Assembly (NCBI GenBank): GCA_051599415.1
Contig: AP039711.1
Span: 62,001-126,000, forward strand
Direction of reading: 5' to 3'
Length of the DNA: 64,000 bases
Origin: Savitreella phatthalungensis
Taxonomy: Eukaryota
The position numbers were made by a program, and so were the translations under genes. The notes below the pieces were generated by a model. It was not told the DNA's origin and did not search any database. It was given only the letters and a program-made list of their open reading frames with translations. This document shows positions 34,519 through 46,364 of this stretch, piece after piece. Position 1 is the stretch's first letter, and each line of letters starts with the position of its first letter.

Positions 34519-34590
34519 CCAGAGGTAGGAGACAGAGACTAGATACGTACGTTGGGATGAGTTCATTATACACTTGACGTCTTTTCGATT

Positions 34591-35655
34591 CTACGATGAT
34601 GCTGGAGCAGGTTCGTCTTTGGGATCTCCGATGCCTTCAGGAAGGATAGCAAAGACTGCATCTGATTCGGGAAGCATTGGGGAGTCGAATATCTTGCAGA
34701 TCCGCTGTTCTCCTCTTCCCTTTTTGAGGGAGAGTCTTGTGGTTGATGCGTGAGCGATAATGTTGCCGCCGATGGGTTTCTTCGGGTCGACCTGATTGGT
34801 CATGCCGTCTACCTGTGAGACGACCTGGTTGGTGATGACGACTGCGACGCCGAACTCGTCTGCCAGGCGCTGCAGCTGTCTGAGGAACTTTGCCAGGTGG
34901 ACCTGCCGCTCTGCCAGCTCACCACGGCCCTGGAAATCAGTCCGGTACAGCGCAGTCGCACTGTCGACCACCAGGAGCGAGAATCGCGAGCTGGCCATCA
35001 TGCTAGCAGCCTGCGTCAGCAGCGACAGCTGGTGCTCAGCATTATACGCCCTCGCATACGCCACGTTGTCCAACACCTCCTGCCCATTCAACCCGTACCG
35101 CTCAGCCACCGCCAGCAGTCTCACAGGACGGAAAGTTCCCTCGGTGTCGATGTACAGGCACTTGCCCTCGCCGCCGCCCATCTCGATCGGCAGCTGGCAT
35201 GTGACTGCGAGGGTATGGCAGATCTGTGACTTGCCCGTCCTGAACTCTCCGAAGATTTCCGTGACTGCGCCTGTCTCGATGCCGCCTGCGAGCAGGGTGT
35301 CGAGCTGCTTTGATCCCGTGGTGATGCAGATGAGCTCCTCGCGCTGCGCCTGGTACATGGTGGCGGTGGTGAAGCCGAGCATGGTGTGCTTGGATGCTTC
35401 CACCAGCAGCTTGTCCGCCTTTGCCTCCGAGATGCCCTTGATCATCGCAAGCTGCCGACGCGGCGTGTACGCGACACCGGCCACAGTCGTGATTCCGGCC
35501 TCCTGCAGCTTCCGGATGTCGCCAGGCGTGATCCCGTTCCCGACAAGCTGGTCCACAGGCGTGTACCCCATGCTCGCACACGTCTCCTCGTCGTACCCAG
35601 ACGCATCCTGCCCAGCGCCCGCTCCTGCATCGACCACAGCGCCAGAAGCAGTCAT
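34591..35655 (-). CDS. RAD51: Recombinase Rad51 (intronless)
   Basis: [73 protein letters not shown]. Confidence 0.97.
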   Translation of the reverse strand: MTASGAVVDAGAGAGQDASGYDEETCASMGYTPVDQLVGNGITPGDIRKLQEAGITTVAGVAYTPRRQLAMIKGISEAKADKLLVEASKHTMLGFTTATMYQAQREELICITTGSKQLDTLLAGGIETGAVTEIFGEFRTGKSQICHTLAVTCQLPIEMGGGEGKCLYIDTEGTFRPVRLLAVAERYGLNGQEVLDNVAYARAYNAEHQLSLLTQAASMMASSRFSLLVVDSATALYRTDFQGRGELAERQVHLAKFLRQLQRLADEFGVAVVITNQVVSQVDGMTNQVDPKKPIGGNIIAHASTTRLSLKKGRGEQRICKIFDSPMLPESDAVFAILPEGIGDPKDEPAPASS

Positions 35656-35708
35656 CGGGACGTCACTGACCTGCTAGCTAGCTTTATTGATAGGAGAATC
35701 GAGAAGAA

Positions 35709-35725
35709 TCGCGAAGATGACGCGT
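35709..35725. promoter_or_regulatory. MCB/SCB-like elements upstream of RAD51
   Basis: TCGCGAA at 35709 and ACGCGT at 35720-35725, about 55-70 bp upstream of the ATG. Confidence 0.5.
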
Positions 35726-36977
35726 CTATAGAGAGATGATTGTAGGTAGATAGACGTGTTTATGTGATGACTCTTAATCGGGAATTTTGACTCTGATGTT
35801 TTTGTGCGAGGTCGGACGGGGGTCTGCACGGGATAAAAGTTTGATCCAATATTCAATTGAATTTGACTTGTTTCAGATCCGTTTCAGAAGCGTATCAGAT
35901 TCGCCACCAAAGGAGAAAGTACAATATTCACGTGACCAGACAACATCCTATCGACATATACGCCTATACCTGTTCTCCCAACGACATACACAGTAGATAG
36001 CAGAGAGTATCTCGTATACCCGCGATCACACTCGTATAATACGCGCGCTAGTGATATGCAGACAGCCGCAGAGAATTGCATTGGCGCAAGTGCGTATGTG
36101 AGACATGGATGGAGGCGGTGGTGAAGCATCATCTCCAGTGAGATGCTTGGGATTTCTAAGGCCCTCCACGGGTATACACTGCTTTACAATCTTTCGCAGG
36201 TCTTCCGGTGTGCTGATCTATAAAGCTATGCTGGAGCTCTGATACTGGGAGACAGGGTGCAGTGAGCGACTAGCAGTCAAGCTGTTGAATTGGCGTGATC
36301 GGAAGCTCTCGCCTGCATCGCAGAGCCTGATGCATCGCTCTCGTGTCCGTCAGTGAGACTGATTCACTCAACAGTCGGGCGCACCGCTGGGAATCTCTCT
36401 TCCTACTCGATATTCAGCAAGCTGAGCATCAACTCTGGAGCTGCATTTCAAGATGCAACTGCTACAAGAAGGAGCCCCATGACTGCGCTCCACCGCTTCG
36501 CACTAACTCCTTTGCGCTGTCTATCTCGACGGGATGTGTGACAGCTGTGCTGTCGTGGCGAACGATATCTACCAGGATTACTCACATCGGAGGTCAGTCC
36601 TCCGAGCTACACGTGAGCATGACATGCTCTCTTCCATCATGCTCAACCTCTCTCACATTGTGCGTGTGCATGCTGGATGACAGCTTCCGTGGTGGACACC
36701 AATAACTGTATATCCGCCTGCCCGATTCGGGGTCAGAGCTCGTGATCACGGACAGATACACATTCATCGATACGGTATGCGCCGCATTCACGGAAGCTTA
36801 CAAACTGGAAGACGGATTGCTTCCTGAGAATTACTTCCTTCGATGCTCTGATCGTCACCTCGAACGACTGTCACTCCCAGAGCAGTAGGTGAATCACCTC
36901 CCGGTTCTCGGGCGAGTCGGCATCCACATTTGTAATCCAGGGTGGTGATGATCACTCTGTCACTCGATCTACACTGT

Positions 36978-37029
36978 CCCTATACAGCTCCACGACCCAT
37001 CAACCCTGTACAGTTCTACGTCCTATCAA
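36978..37029. repeat. Imperfect 26-bp tandem duplication
   Basis: CCCTATACAGCTCCACGACCCATCAA / CCCTGTACAGTTCTACGTCCTATCAA. Confidence 0.75.
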
Positions 37030-37738
37030 CCTCGGTTCTGTCCCCTGTGAGAAGGAAGAAAACAGATGTGAAGACCACCCGAGTCTGTGAAAGGTGAGGA
37101 TTTATGCTTTAATTAAAGAGAAATGCTTTTTTTCTCTGATCGAGGCAGCTCAGCTATCTGTTACCTTGAAAACAGCCACACAGCCCTGGGACAGTACTCA
37201 GAACAGGTCTCCGACGACTGACTACATCTTTCTCGAGGCTGACTGGAGTTACTCGGACGGGTGAACACCAGACGAGAGAAACGAACAGCTCCCTGTTTGG
37301 ATTGGCAGTGACGTGGTTGATTCTCGGCAGCCACCTGGAAGCAAACCCCGAGTCACACTGTCTCGAGATTATTGATTCCAGCACATCCAAAGACTATCTA
37401 CGAAAGCCTAAGAGGATCAGTCACGGAAAACAGATCGGCTTCGGCTTCACTTGACATGTCAACCCTTCATTACTCAGGCATCCAAGTCATTCAAATTCAT
37501 CAATCATCATTACTTAGCACGGCTTGACCCGCCAGGGCTTACATCCAGTCTGACAAACAGGTGACATCACACCCCTGAGTAACACATCACAGAGTGCATT
37601 GCCTCGCCTCACTTCACCTCACCTCCGTCTGTTCCGTCGGCATTTATATACCCGTGCTATTGACCACCTTGGAGGCATAACCAAAGAAGCCTCTTGAAGA
37701 AGAAATCTTCAAAACACAAGAACTCTTCTAATACAGTC

Positions 37739-38881
37739 ATGTCGGACGACTCTCACTTCCAAGGATGGTGTGCACACCAGACAAAGGACAACATCGGTAA
37801 GCTCAAGTACGGCAGCTTCACTCCGAAGAAGTTCACAGAGGATGACGTCGAGTTCAAGGTCTCGTACTCTGGCATTTGTGCTTCTGACCTGCATACCCTG
37901 TCCGGTGGTTGGGGAGAGCTCTCGAAAGACAAGCTGCCGTTGGTCGTTGGCCACGAGGGTGTGGGCAAGGTGACCCGTGTGGGCAAGAATGTGAAGGATA
38001 TCAAGATTGGCGACATTGTGGGTGTCGGTGCCCAATCTGGCTCCTGCCTCGAGTGCCCCAACTGCACCGAGGGCCACGAGAACTACTGTGACAAGGGACA
38101 GGTCGGCACTTACAACTCTACCTACAGAGATGGCAGCGGTAACTCGACTGGATCATACGCAACATACATGCGTGTGCCAGCACACTTCGCCATCCCCATT
38201 CCAGACGGCCTCGACCTGACTGTGGCAGCACCGCTGATGTGCGGTGGTGTCACCACTTTCTCGCCAGTCCAGCGCGGTCTCGGATGGACGCCCGAGAAGG
38301 GCATCAACCGTGCTCTTTTCCCACACCTGAAGGAGGGCGAGAAGCCACGTGTCGGTGTTATTGGTATCGGCGGTCTCGGCCACTTCGGTCTGCTGTGGGC
38401 CAAGGTGATGGGTGCTGAGGTCGTCGCCATCTCCCACACACACTCTAAGGAGGAGGCTGCACGAAAGCTTGGTGCTTCCCACTTCATCGCCTCGTCCGAC
38501 AAGAGCGAGATGAAGAAGGCACGTCGCACGATCGACGTCCTTGTCTGCACCATCAACGAAGGTCTCGACGCTGCCACCCTCACCTCCTTCCTCTCCCTCC
38601 TCCGTGTCGGACAGACACTCTGGCTCGTCGGTGCACCAGAGAAGCCACTCGAGCTTCCAGCCTTCCCGCTGCTCATGTCCGGCGTCGGCATCTCCGGATC
38701 AGCCATCGGAGACACCACCCAGCTCCGCACAGCCCTGAAGCTCGCTGCAGAGCACAAGGACTTCAACGCCATGGTCCAGGTCGTCGACGCATCCGACACC
38801 AACCAGGCCTGTCTCGACCTCCAGGCCGGAAAGGCCAGGTTCAGGTACGTCCTCGACTTTACCAAGGAGGTCAAGGCATAG
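37739..38881 (+). CDS. ADH6: NADP-dependent Zn alcohol dehydrogenase (cinnamyl ADH/Adh6-like)
   Basis: GICASDLH, GHE.VG, CxxCxxC...C structural Zn, APLMCGGVT, GIGGLGH, ARFRYVL. ATG at 37739; TATA-like TTTATATA near 37643. Confidence 0.92.
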   Translation: MSDDSHFQGWCAHQTKDNIGKLKYGSFTPKKFTEDDVEFKVSYSGICASDLHTLSGGWGELSKDKLPLVVGHEGVGKVTRVGKNVKDIKIGDIVGVGAQSGSCLECPNCTEGHENYCDKGQVGTYNSTYRDGSGNSTGSYATYMRVPAHFAIPIPDGLDLTVAAPLMCGGVTTFSPVQRGLGWTPEKGINRALFPHLKEGEKPRVGVIGIGGLGHFGLLWAKVMGAEVVAISHTHSKEEAARKLGASHFIASSDKSEMKKARRTIDVLVCTINEGLDAATLTSFLSLLRVGQTLWLVGAPEKPLELPAFPLLMSGVGISGSAIGDTTQLRTALKLAAEHKDFNAMVQVVDASDTNQACLDLQAGKARFRYVLDFTKEVKA

Positions 38882-38971
38882 ACAAAGGGAAGGTAAAAGG
38901 AGATAAACGACCTCCAGTAATCGGACTGCTGCAATGGATCAACGTAGAACGGATATAAAAGAAAAGTATAA

Positions 38972-39538
38972 TCATATGTCGATGTCATCGTACCAATCAT
39001 CATCGACGTCGTCGAATTCACTATCGTCATCGTCGTAGTAGCCCTCAGAACCATCGCCGCCACTCATAACTCCATGGCTAGAATCATCATCGTCGTAGCT
39101 CTCGTCGGCATCATGCCCATCTGCCTCATATTCACACGCAGCCTCCTCCTCTGCCTCGCGCACTGATTCATCCACATCAATTTCGAGTGAAAGCTCTTCG
39201 ATCACGGGCATTCCCATTGAAGATCCACCCGCCTCATTTTGATCCTCAACCTCACTCTCGTCGAGCTCCAACTCAGGCTCGTAGTCAGAATCCTTCTCGC
39301 CGCCATCACTGCCATCCTCGGCAATCGCTGTGGACGCTACACGTGCCGTTGCTGCTTTGGAGGGCGTGTAAGTCACTTTCCTAATCGTCTCATCCACCCA
39401 ATCACCACCATCGTGCCATCGATCAACCTCACGCATTCGCCACATCTCTCTTCCATCGTCAGCGAACGTCAACGTACTCGATCGAGTTGACTTGGGAGGT
39501 CGAGAAAGACCGACTGTCATTGGAACTCTCGAACTCAT
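38972..39538 (-). CDS. Small, very acidic hypothetical protein (188 aa)
   Basis: Open frame from ATG 39538 with an Asp/Glu-rich C-terminal half. No family recognised. Confidence 0.55.
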   Translation of the reverse strand: MSSRVPMTVGLSRPPKSTRSSTLTFADDGREMWRMREVDRWHDGGDWVDETIRKVTYTPSKAATARVASTAIAEDGSDGGEKDSDYEPELELDESEVEDQNEAGGSSMGMPVIEELSLEIDVDESVREAEEEAACEYEADGHDADESYDDDDSSHGVMSGGDGSEGYYDDDDSEFDDVDDDWYDDIDI

Positions 39539-40407
39539 GACTGCTAATCCAGGAGGGGGAGTGTGCACAGAGATGTGGTTCTTTGTGAGGTGTGACGATA
39601 TAGGCACGTGTAGGTGTGTATGTTTTTGTCACGTCTATGCACACTCACTCTGTCAACCACTCAGACACATTCAACATGGACTATACCAGCGAGTGTCCCG
39701 CTCTGGGTACGATGATCTTGTGGCATCGTCTGACGTGCGTGTCCAGGCTGCGCTACTAATGTGTCAAGCTGAGAAAGTCATCGCAATGGCGCGTGAGTGA
39801 CCAATCCCATGTCTCAATTCATCCGAATGAGTTTACCGATCCGCGGCAAGTCGCTCAGAGGAAACACTGCGGCAGCCTACCCTTCGATGACCTCAAGAAA
39901 CATGAAGTCATCTGCTCGAGTCGCTCCTCCCTCATCTGACTCACAAGACGGTCTTCGAATATGATGCTCCAATCTACCTTCTTTGGAACTTGGTAATTGC
40001 TTACTGCCTTTCGACTCTCCCACTCTCGTTAGCGTCTGACGAGACATACAACGGCCACCACCGTCCTCTTACCCGTCTCATCTCTGCTGCTCTTAGACAC
40101 CATCTTCTCCCGGATACTGCTGAATGGCTGCCGGAATCTCAGCGGAAATCATTAAACTCATTCTCTCGTGTACGACCACGTGATTTATCAGTACACAAAA
40201 AGTCACCTCTCACACACACACTCTCGGACACGCGCAGTAGTCTCACACAAACCTTAAAGCTCAAACCGGAAGGACACGTCGCACAATCTGACCTTTCTCC
40301 TTGTCCTCTGGTCCACACGACCTGTCTCAAAGGTCTAGGCAGTCCAAGCAACTGGCTAAGTGCCCTTCAGAGTCTCCTAAGGTTACCTGATCAATTCACA
40401 GATCTAT

Positions 40408-41673
40408 ATGGACTCTCCGCCTGCTGGTCTACGCGCCTTTGACGCCTTTCCCAAAGTCGATCGTCACTACAGGGCTGACAGGACATCTCGTGGTGCGGTG
40501 CTGTCGATCGTTGCTGGGTTGTCGTTGCTGGTGCTGTTTGCCGGGGAGTTTACGTCGTGGTTGCGTGGTGAGGAGCGACATGCGTTCCTCGTGGATCCGT
40601 GGGTCAAGGACCACGTCCGGTTCAACATCGACATGACAGTGGCGATGGCCTGTTCCGAGCTTCATATCAATGTCCAGGACGCAACGATGGACCTGATCAA
40701 GGCCGGAGACACGCTCGAGAAGCAGGACGTCCGGTGGTCCGAGCTCGGGACAGAGCATCTGACAACCGACAGGCAGATGGACTCGCAAGCCAAGTTCTGG
40801 CAAAACGCGAAAAAGGGTGTCCCACAAGCACGACGGCTCAACTTGTTCAAGGGCTACCGCGGCAAGTCCGACGGCTTCGACCGCCACGCCGACTGGACGA
40901 ACCCGGACGGAGGCGCCTGCCGGATCTTTGGTGGCTTGAATTTGCACCTTGTCGAAGGTGACTTCCACATCACGGCGATGGGGATCGGGTACCCAGCTCC
41001 ACGCACAACCACCCTCGAAAACATGAACTTCACACACAGGATAGACCGACTGAGTTTCGGAATTCCTCTCCCGGGCGTCCACAACCCCCTAGACCACACA
41101 CACAACGACGCTCGTTCACACTTCCACAGATTCCAGTACTTCCTGAACGTCGTCCCGACCACGTACCTGCCCGCTGGCGTGTCCTTCAGCACGCTAGCTC
41201 GCCCTCAGAGCGCCTCTCGGACCTGGCTCGGGATGAAGTCTTCGAGCTCGCCGGGGTCTGCTGGTGGTGTGCGTGATGAGCAGGGACGTGCTGGCGAGGG
41301 TGGTGCTGTGTCGACTTGGCAGTACGCCGTGACTGAGTCGTCTCGGAACGTCGAAGGCGATCGCGCAGATTTCTTCCCTGGCATCTTCTTCAAGTACGAC
41401 AACGAGCCTATCAGACTCGTCGTCAGGACCTCCGTCAGGCGGACCTTCCTCCAGCTCCTTGTCCGCCTGCTCGGCAGCGTCGGCGGCATCGTCGCAGGAC
41501 TAGCAGTCCTAGATAGAGCAGCAGCCAGGTACAGGAGTATCGCTGACGGTAAAGTCGATCTAGACTCAGGCGAAGCAGCACCGGCCTTCGATCACTTCCC
41601 AGTGGCAGCCACGGAAAAGTCAGGATACGCGTCATTGCTAGATCGACGGAGACATTCGGGATTCTACTCGTAA
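40408..41673 (+). CDS. ERV41: ER-Golgi vesicle protein Erv41/ERGIC2
   Basis: LRAFDAFPK, CRIFG, G.FHIT, NFTH.I..LSFG, NPLD, FQYFL.VVPT.Y, PGIFFKYD.EPI, two TM segments. Confidence 0.9.
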   Translation: MDSPPAGLRAFDAFPKVDRHYRADRTSRGAVLSIVAGLSLLVLFAGEFTSWLRGEERHAFLVDPWVKDHVRFNIDMTVAMACSELHINVQDATMDLIKAGDTLEKQDVRWSELGTEHLTTDRQMDSQAKFWQNAKKGVPQARRLNLFKGYRGKSDGFDRHADWTNPDGGACRIFGGLNLHLVEGDFHITAMGIGYPAPRTTTLENMNFTHRIDRLSFGIPLPGVHNPLDHTHNDARSHFHRFQYFLNVVPTTYLPAGVSFSTLARPQSASRTWLGMKSSSSPGSAGGVRDEQGRAGEGGAVSTWQYAVTESSRNVEGDRADFFPGIFFKYDNEPIRLVVRTSVRRTFLQLLVRLLGSVGGIVAGLAVLDRAAARYRSIADGKVDLDSGEAAPAFDHFPVAATEKSGYASLLDRRRHSGFYS

Positions 41674-41740
41674 GGTGTGGAAAGGGATAAAATAATGATT
41701 GATGATGCATGCTCGCTATGTTTTGATGATAACGGGGTCA

Positions 41741-42925
41741 CTAGGCGCGCTTGTCCTTGCCCCGTGGACGGCCTCTGACGAGGAGCTTGTTCTGGTTGTG
41801 TTTTGACCTGCGGGTCTTGTAACCCTTTGTCTTCCATCCCCAGATGGACGAGGTCGGCTTGTTACCTCGACCTCCGCCGTGACCTCCGCCGTGTGGGTGC
41901 TCGTACGCGTTCATCGCCACACCTCTCACGGTAGGTCTGATACCGAGCCAGCGCTTCCTGCCTGCCTTTCCGAGCCTGCGGTGGTGGTGGTCGACGTTTG
42001 AGACGACGCCGACGGTGCAACTCGCATTCGCTGGCACTTTCCTGAGCTCGCCGCTCTGGAGCTTGACGACGGCGTACCCTGTCGCTGGCGAGCTCACAAT
42101 CTGTGCGTGAGTGCCGGCTGCCCGACACAGCTTCGCCGCCCCGTTCTTCAGCAGCGAGATCCCAAACACGACCGTCCCCACAGGCGCCATGTGCAGGGGC
42201 AAACAATTCCCTCGCCGGATCGTCCTCGCAGCCAACATACCAGGGTCGACCTCTCCACCCATGCTCTCCACCATCGCCTTCGGAATCCCACCCAGGAACG
42301 ACTCCACCACATCGCCTTCCCGCAGCCCGTCGCACGCGAGGATGTACGACTTCCTGCCGGTGACCTCGTCCACGATCAGCGCGATGTGTGCCGATCGCCC
42401 TGGGTCGTACTCGATCCGCTCGACCTTGCGCGGTCCTCCTTCGAGTCTCCTGAAGTCGACGAGCCGGAGACGGCGCTTGTGGCCGCCTCCACGGTGTCGG
42501 ACCGTGATCTGTCCCGTGTTGTTGCGGCCGCCCTTGCCGCGCTTCGCCACCGTCAGCGGCAGGAACGCTCGGCCTTTCCACAGATGGTCGTTGATCGGTC
42601 GACGGAGCCACCGGATTCCAGGAGACACAGGTCGGTATTTTTTCAGCTGCAAACCACGCCGCTTTGTCAGGTCACGCGTGTCAAATGTGATGTCGAATGA
42701 GAGGTTTCCGCCAGAGGCCGGGGGTGAGACCCCACTCGGCTGCGATGTCGGTGCGGTTGATGTGGCAGAAGGCTCGTCCACGACGGATGCATAACTCCTC
42801 GATGGCGACAAGGAGGCATTGAGTGGGAGGGGGCGCAGGAGAGTGCGGGCTAGAAAAGTGATTGTAGCTGTTCTTGTAGCTCTAGCTGTCTGACAGCCTC
42901 GAGAGCTTCTCAGAGCCTGAAGCAT
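41741..42925 (-). CDS. RML2: Mitochondrial ribosomal protein uL2m
   Basis: GGRNNTG.ITVRHRGGGHKR, IEYDPGRSAHIAL, GKAGR.RWLGIRPTVRGVAMN..HPHGGG. Arg/Ser/Thr-rich presequence from ATG 42925. Confidence 0.95.
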   Translation of the reverse strand: MLQALRSSRGCQTARATRTATITFLARTLLRPLPLNASLSPSRSYASVVDEPSATSTAPTSQPSGVSPPASGGNLSFDITFDTRDLTKRRGLQLKKYRPVSPGIRWLRRPINDHLWKGRAFLPLTVAKRGKGGRNNTGQITVRHRGGGHKRRLRLVDFRRLEGGPRKVERIEYDPGRSAHIALIVDEVTGRKSYILACDGLREGDVVESFLGGIPKAMVESMGGEVDPGMLAARTIRRGNCLPLHMAPVGTVVFGISLLKNGAAKLCRAAGTHAQIVSSPATGYAVVKLQSGELRKVPANASCTVGVVSNVDHHHRRLGKAGRKRWLGIRPTVRGVAMNAYEHPHGGGHGGGRGNKPTSSIWGWKTKGYKTRRSKHNQNKLLVRGRPRGKDKRA

Positions 42926-43631
42926 CTCTCGCTGAGGAGGAAGCAATCCTCTTGAGCTACGTCTCCTGTTCGAGTGACCGGGGCAGCAGACGGCTGAGAT
43001 GGCGTTCAGCTCGATCGAGCAGCACCTTCTGGAGACTGAAACCTTGAGCTCAGGAGTCGAGACGGAGGTGTGAAGGTAGAAGAAGTCTTTAGGTGTTGTC
43101 TGTGTGACCGTGGTTGTGCGACCTGCCTGATAAGAGCGAGTCGAGTGACATTCCAGCTTTGAGAAATTTCATTCCTGCACGTGCACACTTCCGTTGTGCT
43201 GTGACAGGGTTGTACAGATCATTAATTCCGTGTTTAGACTTCAAATGAAATTTATAAAGGTTTAATGATAGTTCTTAGAAAAGACTATAAATTGCTATTT
43301 CAGATCTAAGGCAGGATTAGAACAGCTATGTATACAGTATAGTAAGGGAAGTGTCGTTGCCACTAGCTATTGGGATCGATGCTGGCAGTACTCGGCCCGC
43401 TATCACTGCCTTCGTCCTATCTCCTTCCCTTTGTGGTCACGATCGAGCTCGTATGTGGGGGTTTGACGAGTCTGAAGGTGTGCCGTTGACCGTCGTTCGC
43501 TACACGTCTGCTCAAGAAGCTCGGCTAGAGGTCGGAAGTGGAGCAGCAGGGCTCCATTGTTGCTGTGATCAACCAAGACTCGTGCTTCTCAGTGCAATGT
43601 GCCCCCGAAGACATTTTCGCACACCCGGGGC

Positions 43632-44576
43632 TTACACAGCGGCCTGGCGCTCGCCGAGGATTTGCCATGCGAATGTTTCCCCGATGCGGAAAGGTTCTCC
43701 GACTTCACCGTCGGGCGGGGTTGGAGTAACGAAACTTTCATGATAGTCAGTCAGAGCACCGACCAACTTCGGCATCTGCCCATTGAACCGACTAGCCGGC
43801 GGGACAACATCGCCACCGTGTACGGAGGCAAAGAAAAGCCGCGGGGTCTCGTACTCTATCGGTATCGTATACTGGAAAGTCATGATGAAAAGTTCGGCCG
43901 ATATGGTCCAGGTGACTGCAGGGTCCGACATCAGAAGCTGCTGTGCTAGCGCAGGCGACATCCTAATGGGCGGCAATTCATAGCCGCCTCCAGACAGACC
44001 AGGACCGCGAAAGCGGTATTGGCAGCACCAGTGATCTGCAGAGTCGTCGTCCGATCGATACAGCTCAATAAATAGAAGACCAGAGTCGGGATTTGGGACA
44101 AATGTTCCTCGGTAGACGTTACAATCCACACGAGTTTCCGAATTGATTGGCGCACACGGCGCAGAGCAATACTTCCTCAGGATGCTCGAAGAGTCGCTCG
44201 CGTCATTTCCTTGGTATTTGAAGGGTCCGGCGGTTGACTGCTTTGGGGCCGCATCTGGTCGACCTGTTGAACCCGCGGTCGGGTACACCACATTCACTGA
44301 CTGAATCTCCTTGTCGAAGGCGAGGTGAAGATGCACTTTCGCTGGTCGCTCTCTCCATGGGACCAGCCATTCGACATACAGGCTTGGTCTAAGGACAAGC
44401 TTGCCGTCGAACTCTTCGGTAATGGCGAGGACTACCTTGTAAGAGACAACCTGCTGCGTGTGACTGAAGCATATAGTGTCGGGCATCGTGTTTGTGACCT
44501 TAGCGCGATCGAATGTTCGACAGAATTCGCGAAGCGCTCTACGCTCCTGATGCTCTTTGACCAGCCTACGCAGCAT
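43632..44576 (-). CDS. Orphan family paralog A (314 aa)
   Basis: Shares CF.H, I.E..DG.L.L.P, LH...DKE, GPFK..G.D, L..YC..PC, DHWCC.Y.F, SPALA..LL..DP..TWT, T.RLF and a C-terminal W(x)QI with 45112-46137 and 48371-49396. First ATG at 44576. Confidence 0.8.
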   Translation of the reverse strand: MLRRLVKEHQERRALREFCRTFDRAKVTNTMPDTICFSHTQQVVSYKVVLAITEEFDGKLVLRPSLYVEWLVPWRERPAKVHLHLAFDKEIQSVNVVYPTAGSTGRPDAAPKQSTAGPFKYQGNDASDSSSILRKYCSAPCAPINSETRVDCNVYRGTFVPNPDSGLLFIELYRSDDDSADHWCCQYRFRGPGLSGGGYELPPIRMSPALAQQLLMSDPAVTWTISAELFIMTFQYTIPIEYETPRLFFASVHGGDVVPPASRFNGQMPKLVGALTDYHESFVTPTPPDGEVGEPFRIGETFAWQILGERQAAV

Positions 44577-44620
44577 CGTTCCGGAGGTGTGATGTGTATG
44601 GGGCACGTATCCTGCCTCTT

Positions 44621-44705
44621 GTTATATCAAGCCGCAGCGTTATGCAAGCCCCTCATTCTCGGAGCGCCTATGATGACATGTGGCTTCTGCAACCGTCTTG
44701 TATGT
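44621..44705 (-). promoter_or_regulatory. Family-conserved upstream block (TATA-like plus CCCTCAT and GGCTTCTGCAA motifs), paralog A
   Basis: Aligns by eye with 46174-46260, 49461-49541 and 48077-48119. Confidence 0.7.
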
Positions 44706-45111
44706 CCCAATCTGGCGATGATCTCTCCGATGACCATAAGGCACGGCGTATGCTGAAGGAGACAAGCTTGACGGACGTTGCACACTGGAGGCGATAGGCC
44801 GTCTTGTGCTATTTTGGGATGCAGCGTCTTGCGTCACTTAGCATTTAGCTAAATGCAGCCGCAGCCGCAGCAGATGCACGATCGATCGAGCAAGCATCAA
44901 GATGGATGGTGGCAACGCGAACAAGCAGGACTTCGTCTCCGTCCTGTCGGCTGGGGAGCTAGCATTCCTCGCGTTCACTAATCAAAAACAGCTCGCTTTG
45001 TAGTCTCGCGGCGAAAGACGCACAGCGCTTCGCTGTTGTACGTGGCAAGTAGGCGAGCGTAGTGAAAGAGATAGTCTATAGAATGAGCATTACTACTGGC
45101 GATGATGATGA

Positions 45112-46137
45112 TCAGGAGATTTGGATCCACTCGCTCGGCTTACAGGTGGCACTCAGGAGTTGTTCAGAGTACACGGTGTAGGTCGATGGCTCGATCTCGT
45201 ACGCCAGTCCTGACTGTGGCCGTTCGATCGACCTGATAGATAGACAAATGGCATCCTTTGCACGTACAGTGTCGTAGAACAGCCGGGCGGTCTGTAACTT
45301 GCGCGGTATGGAATGCTTCGAATCCTTGAAGATGAGTTGGGCCGAAAAAGTCCAGGTAACAGCGGGATCCCTCTTGAGAAGCTGCTCTGCAAGAGCCGGC
45401 GAGATCTGTGTCTTTGGCAGTCGACACACACTTCTGAGCACCGGCAGAAGCGGAGACGGGAAATTGTAGGAGCAGCACCAGTGATTTGCATCATCCATGC
45501 TCGTAGTCGATACCTGTGTGAGCTCCGGGGCCCTAAAGATATTTTCCTGTCGGTCGCAGGTCAGACAGTTAGGTATCATGAAGGTCCTCATGTCCTGAGT
45601 TCTTTCAGAGCAGCACCCCCGGGTCGGCGTACGGCAAGGATTCGAGCAGTAACGCTCCAAGAAGCCTGGGAAACCGCTCTGGTCGAGGCCATGTTTCTTG
45701 AATGGACCTGGTCGTTGCCACCCAGCTGGTCTTTCCCAGATGGGCGGGATCTTGCCATCAGACATCGTCGCTGTGGACTCTTCTCCGATGCAGGTCTCGG
45801 CAGGGCTCCCACGAGTTCCTTGGTCCACGACGCTTGCCGACCGCACTTCCTTGTCGATAGCAACATGCAGTCGAACGGCATAGGGTTGATCTTTCACATC
45901 ACATGACCACTCGACCTCCAGGACCGGTTCGAGCAACAATATGCCGTTGTCAACATCTTCGATGACGCAGAGGGCAATTCCGTACCACCACATCTTGTGC
46001 ATGTGTTCAAAGGTCAAATCCATTGGGTGGTTGTTTCTCATGAGCGCACGACCAGATTTTTGGCCAATGCTACGATGTTCTTTGAGCTCTCGAGCTTTTC
46101 TGCGCTCGGCTTCGTCTTTCATGAACTCGCAAAGCAT
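45112..46137 (-). CDS. Orphan family paralog B (341 aa)
   Basis: Same motif series: SGRALM, FEHMHK, GPFKKHGLDQSGFPGFLERYCSNPC, NHWCCSY, SPALAEQLL..DPAVTWT, TARLFYD, WIQI. Confidence 0.85.
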   Translation of the reverse strand: MLCEFMKDEAERRKARELKEHRSIGQKSGRALMRNNHPMDLTFEHMHKMWWYGIALCVIEDVDNGILLLEPVLEVEWSCDVKDQPYAVRLHVAIDKEVRSASVVDQGTRGSPAETCIGEESTATMSDGKIPPIWERPAGWQRPGPFKKHGLDQSGFPGFLERYCSNPCRTPTRGCCSERTQDMRTFMIPNCLTCDRQENIFRAPELTQVSTTSMDDANHWCCSYNFPSPLLPVLRSVCRLPKTQISPALAEQLLKRDPAVTWTFSAQLIFKDSKHSIPRKLQTARLFYDTVRAKDAICLSIRSIERPQSGLAYEIEPSTYTVYSEQLLSATCKPSEWIQIS

Positions 46138-46173
46138 GGCTGCTGAAGTCTGAGATGCATGACTTCTCTCATC

Positions 46174-46260
46174 GTCCTTATAAAGGATGCCGTGGAGCCT
46201 TTCGCAAACCCCTCATTCGGTGCACACTTATGACAATGACCTTTGCGGCTTCTGCAATGG
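46174..46260 (-). promoter_or_regulatory. Family-conserved upstream block, paralog B
   Basis: Plus strand reads gtccttataaag...gcaaacccctcatt...gcggcttctgcaa, i.e. TTTATAAGGAC on the minus strand ~45 bp before the ATG. Confidence 0.7.
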
Positions 46261-46364
46261 CGTGATGATAGATGAAGACTAATGCTTGATTACTACCTGT
46301 GCTATCTATGTATGACGCGAGCTGAGTGAGTGTACAAGATCTCAGTCGGGGAGTCGTTCGAAAC

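Noticed and set aside
34796..35677. 293-aa ORF antisense to RAD51 (similar long antisense ORFs opposite GSY1, ADH6, the PQ-loop gene, RML2 and ags1)
   Set aside because: Expected by-product of GC-rich codon bias in conserved genes; no independent protein features.
36100..37100. Possible multi-exon gene divergent from RAD51
   Set aside because: Trial splicing gave only short products with stops and no recognisable motifs.
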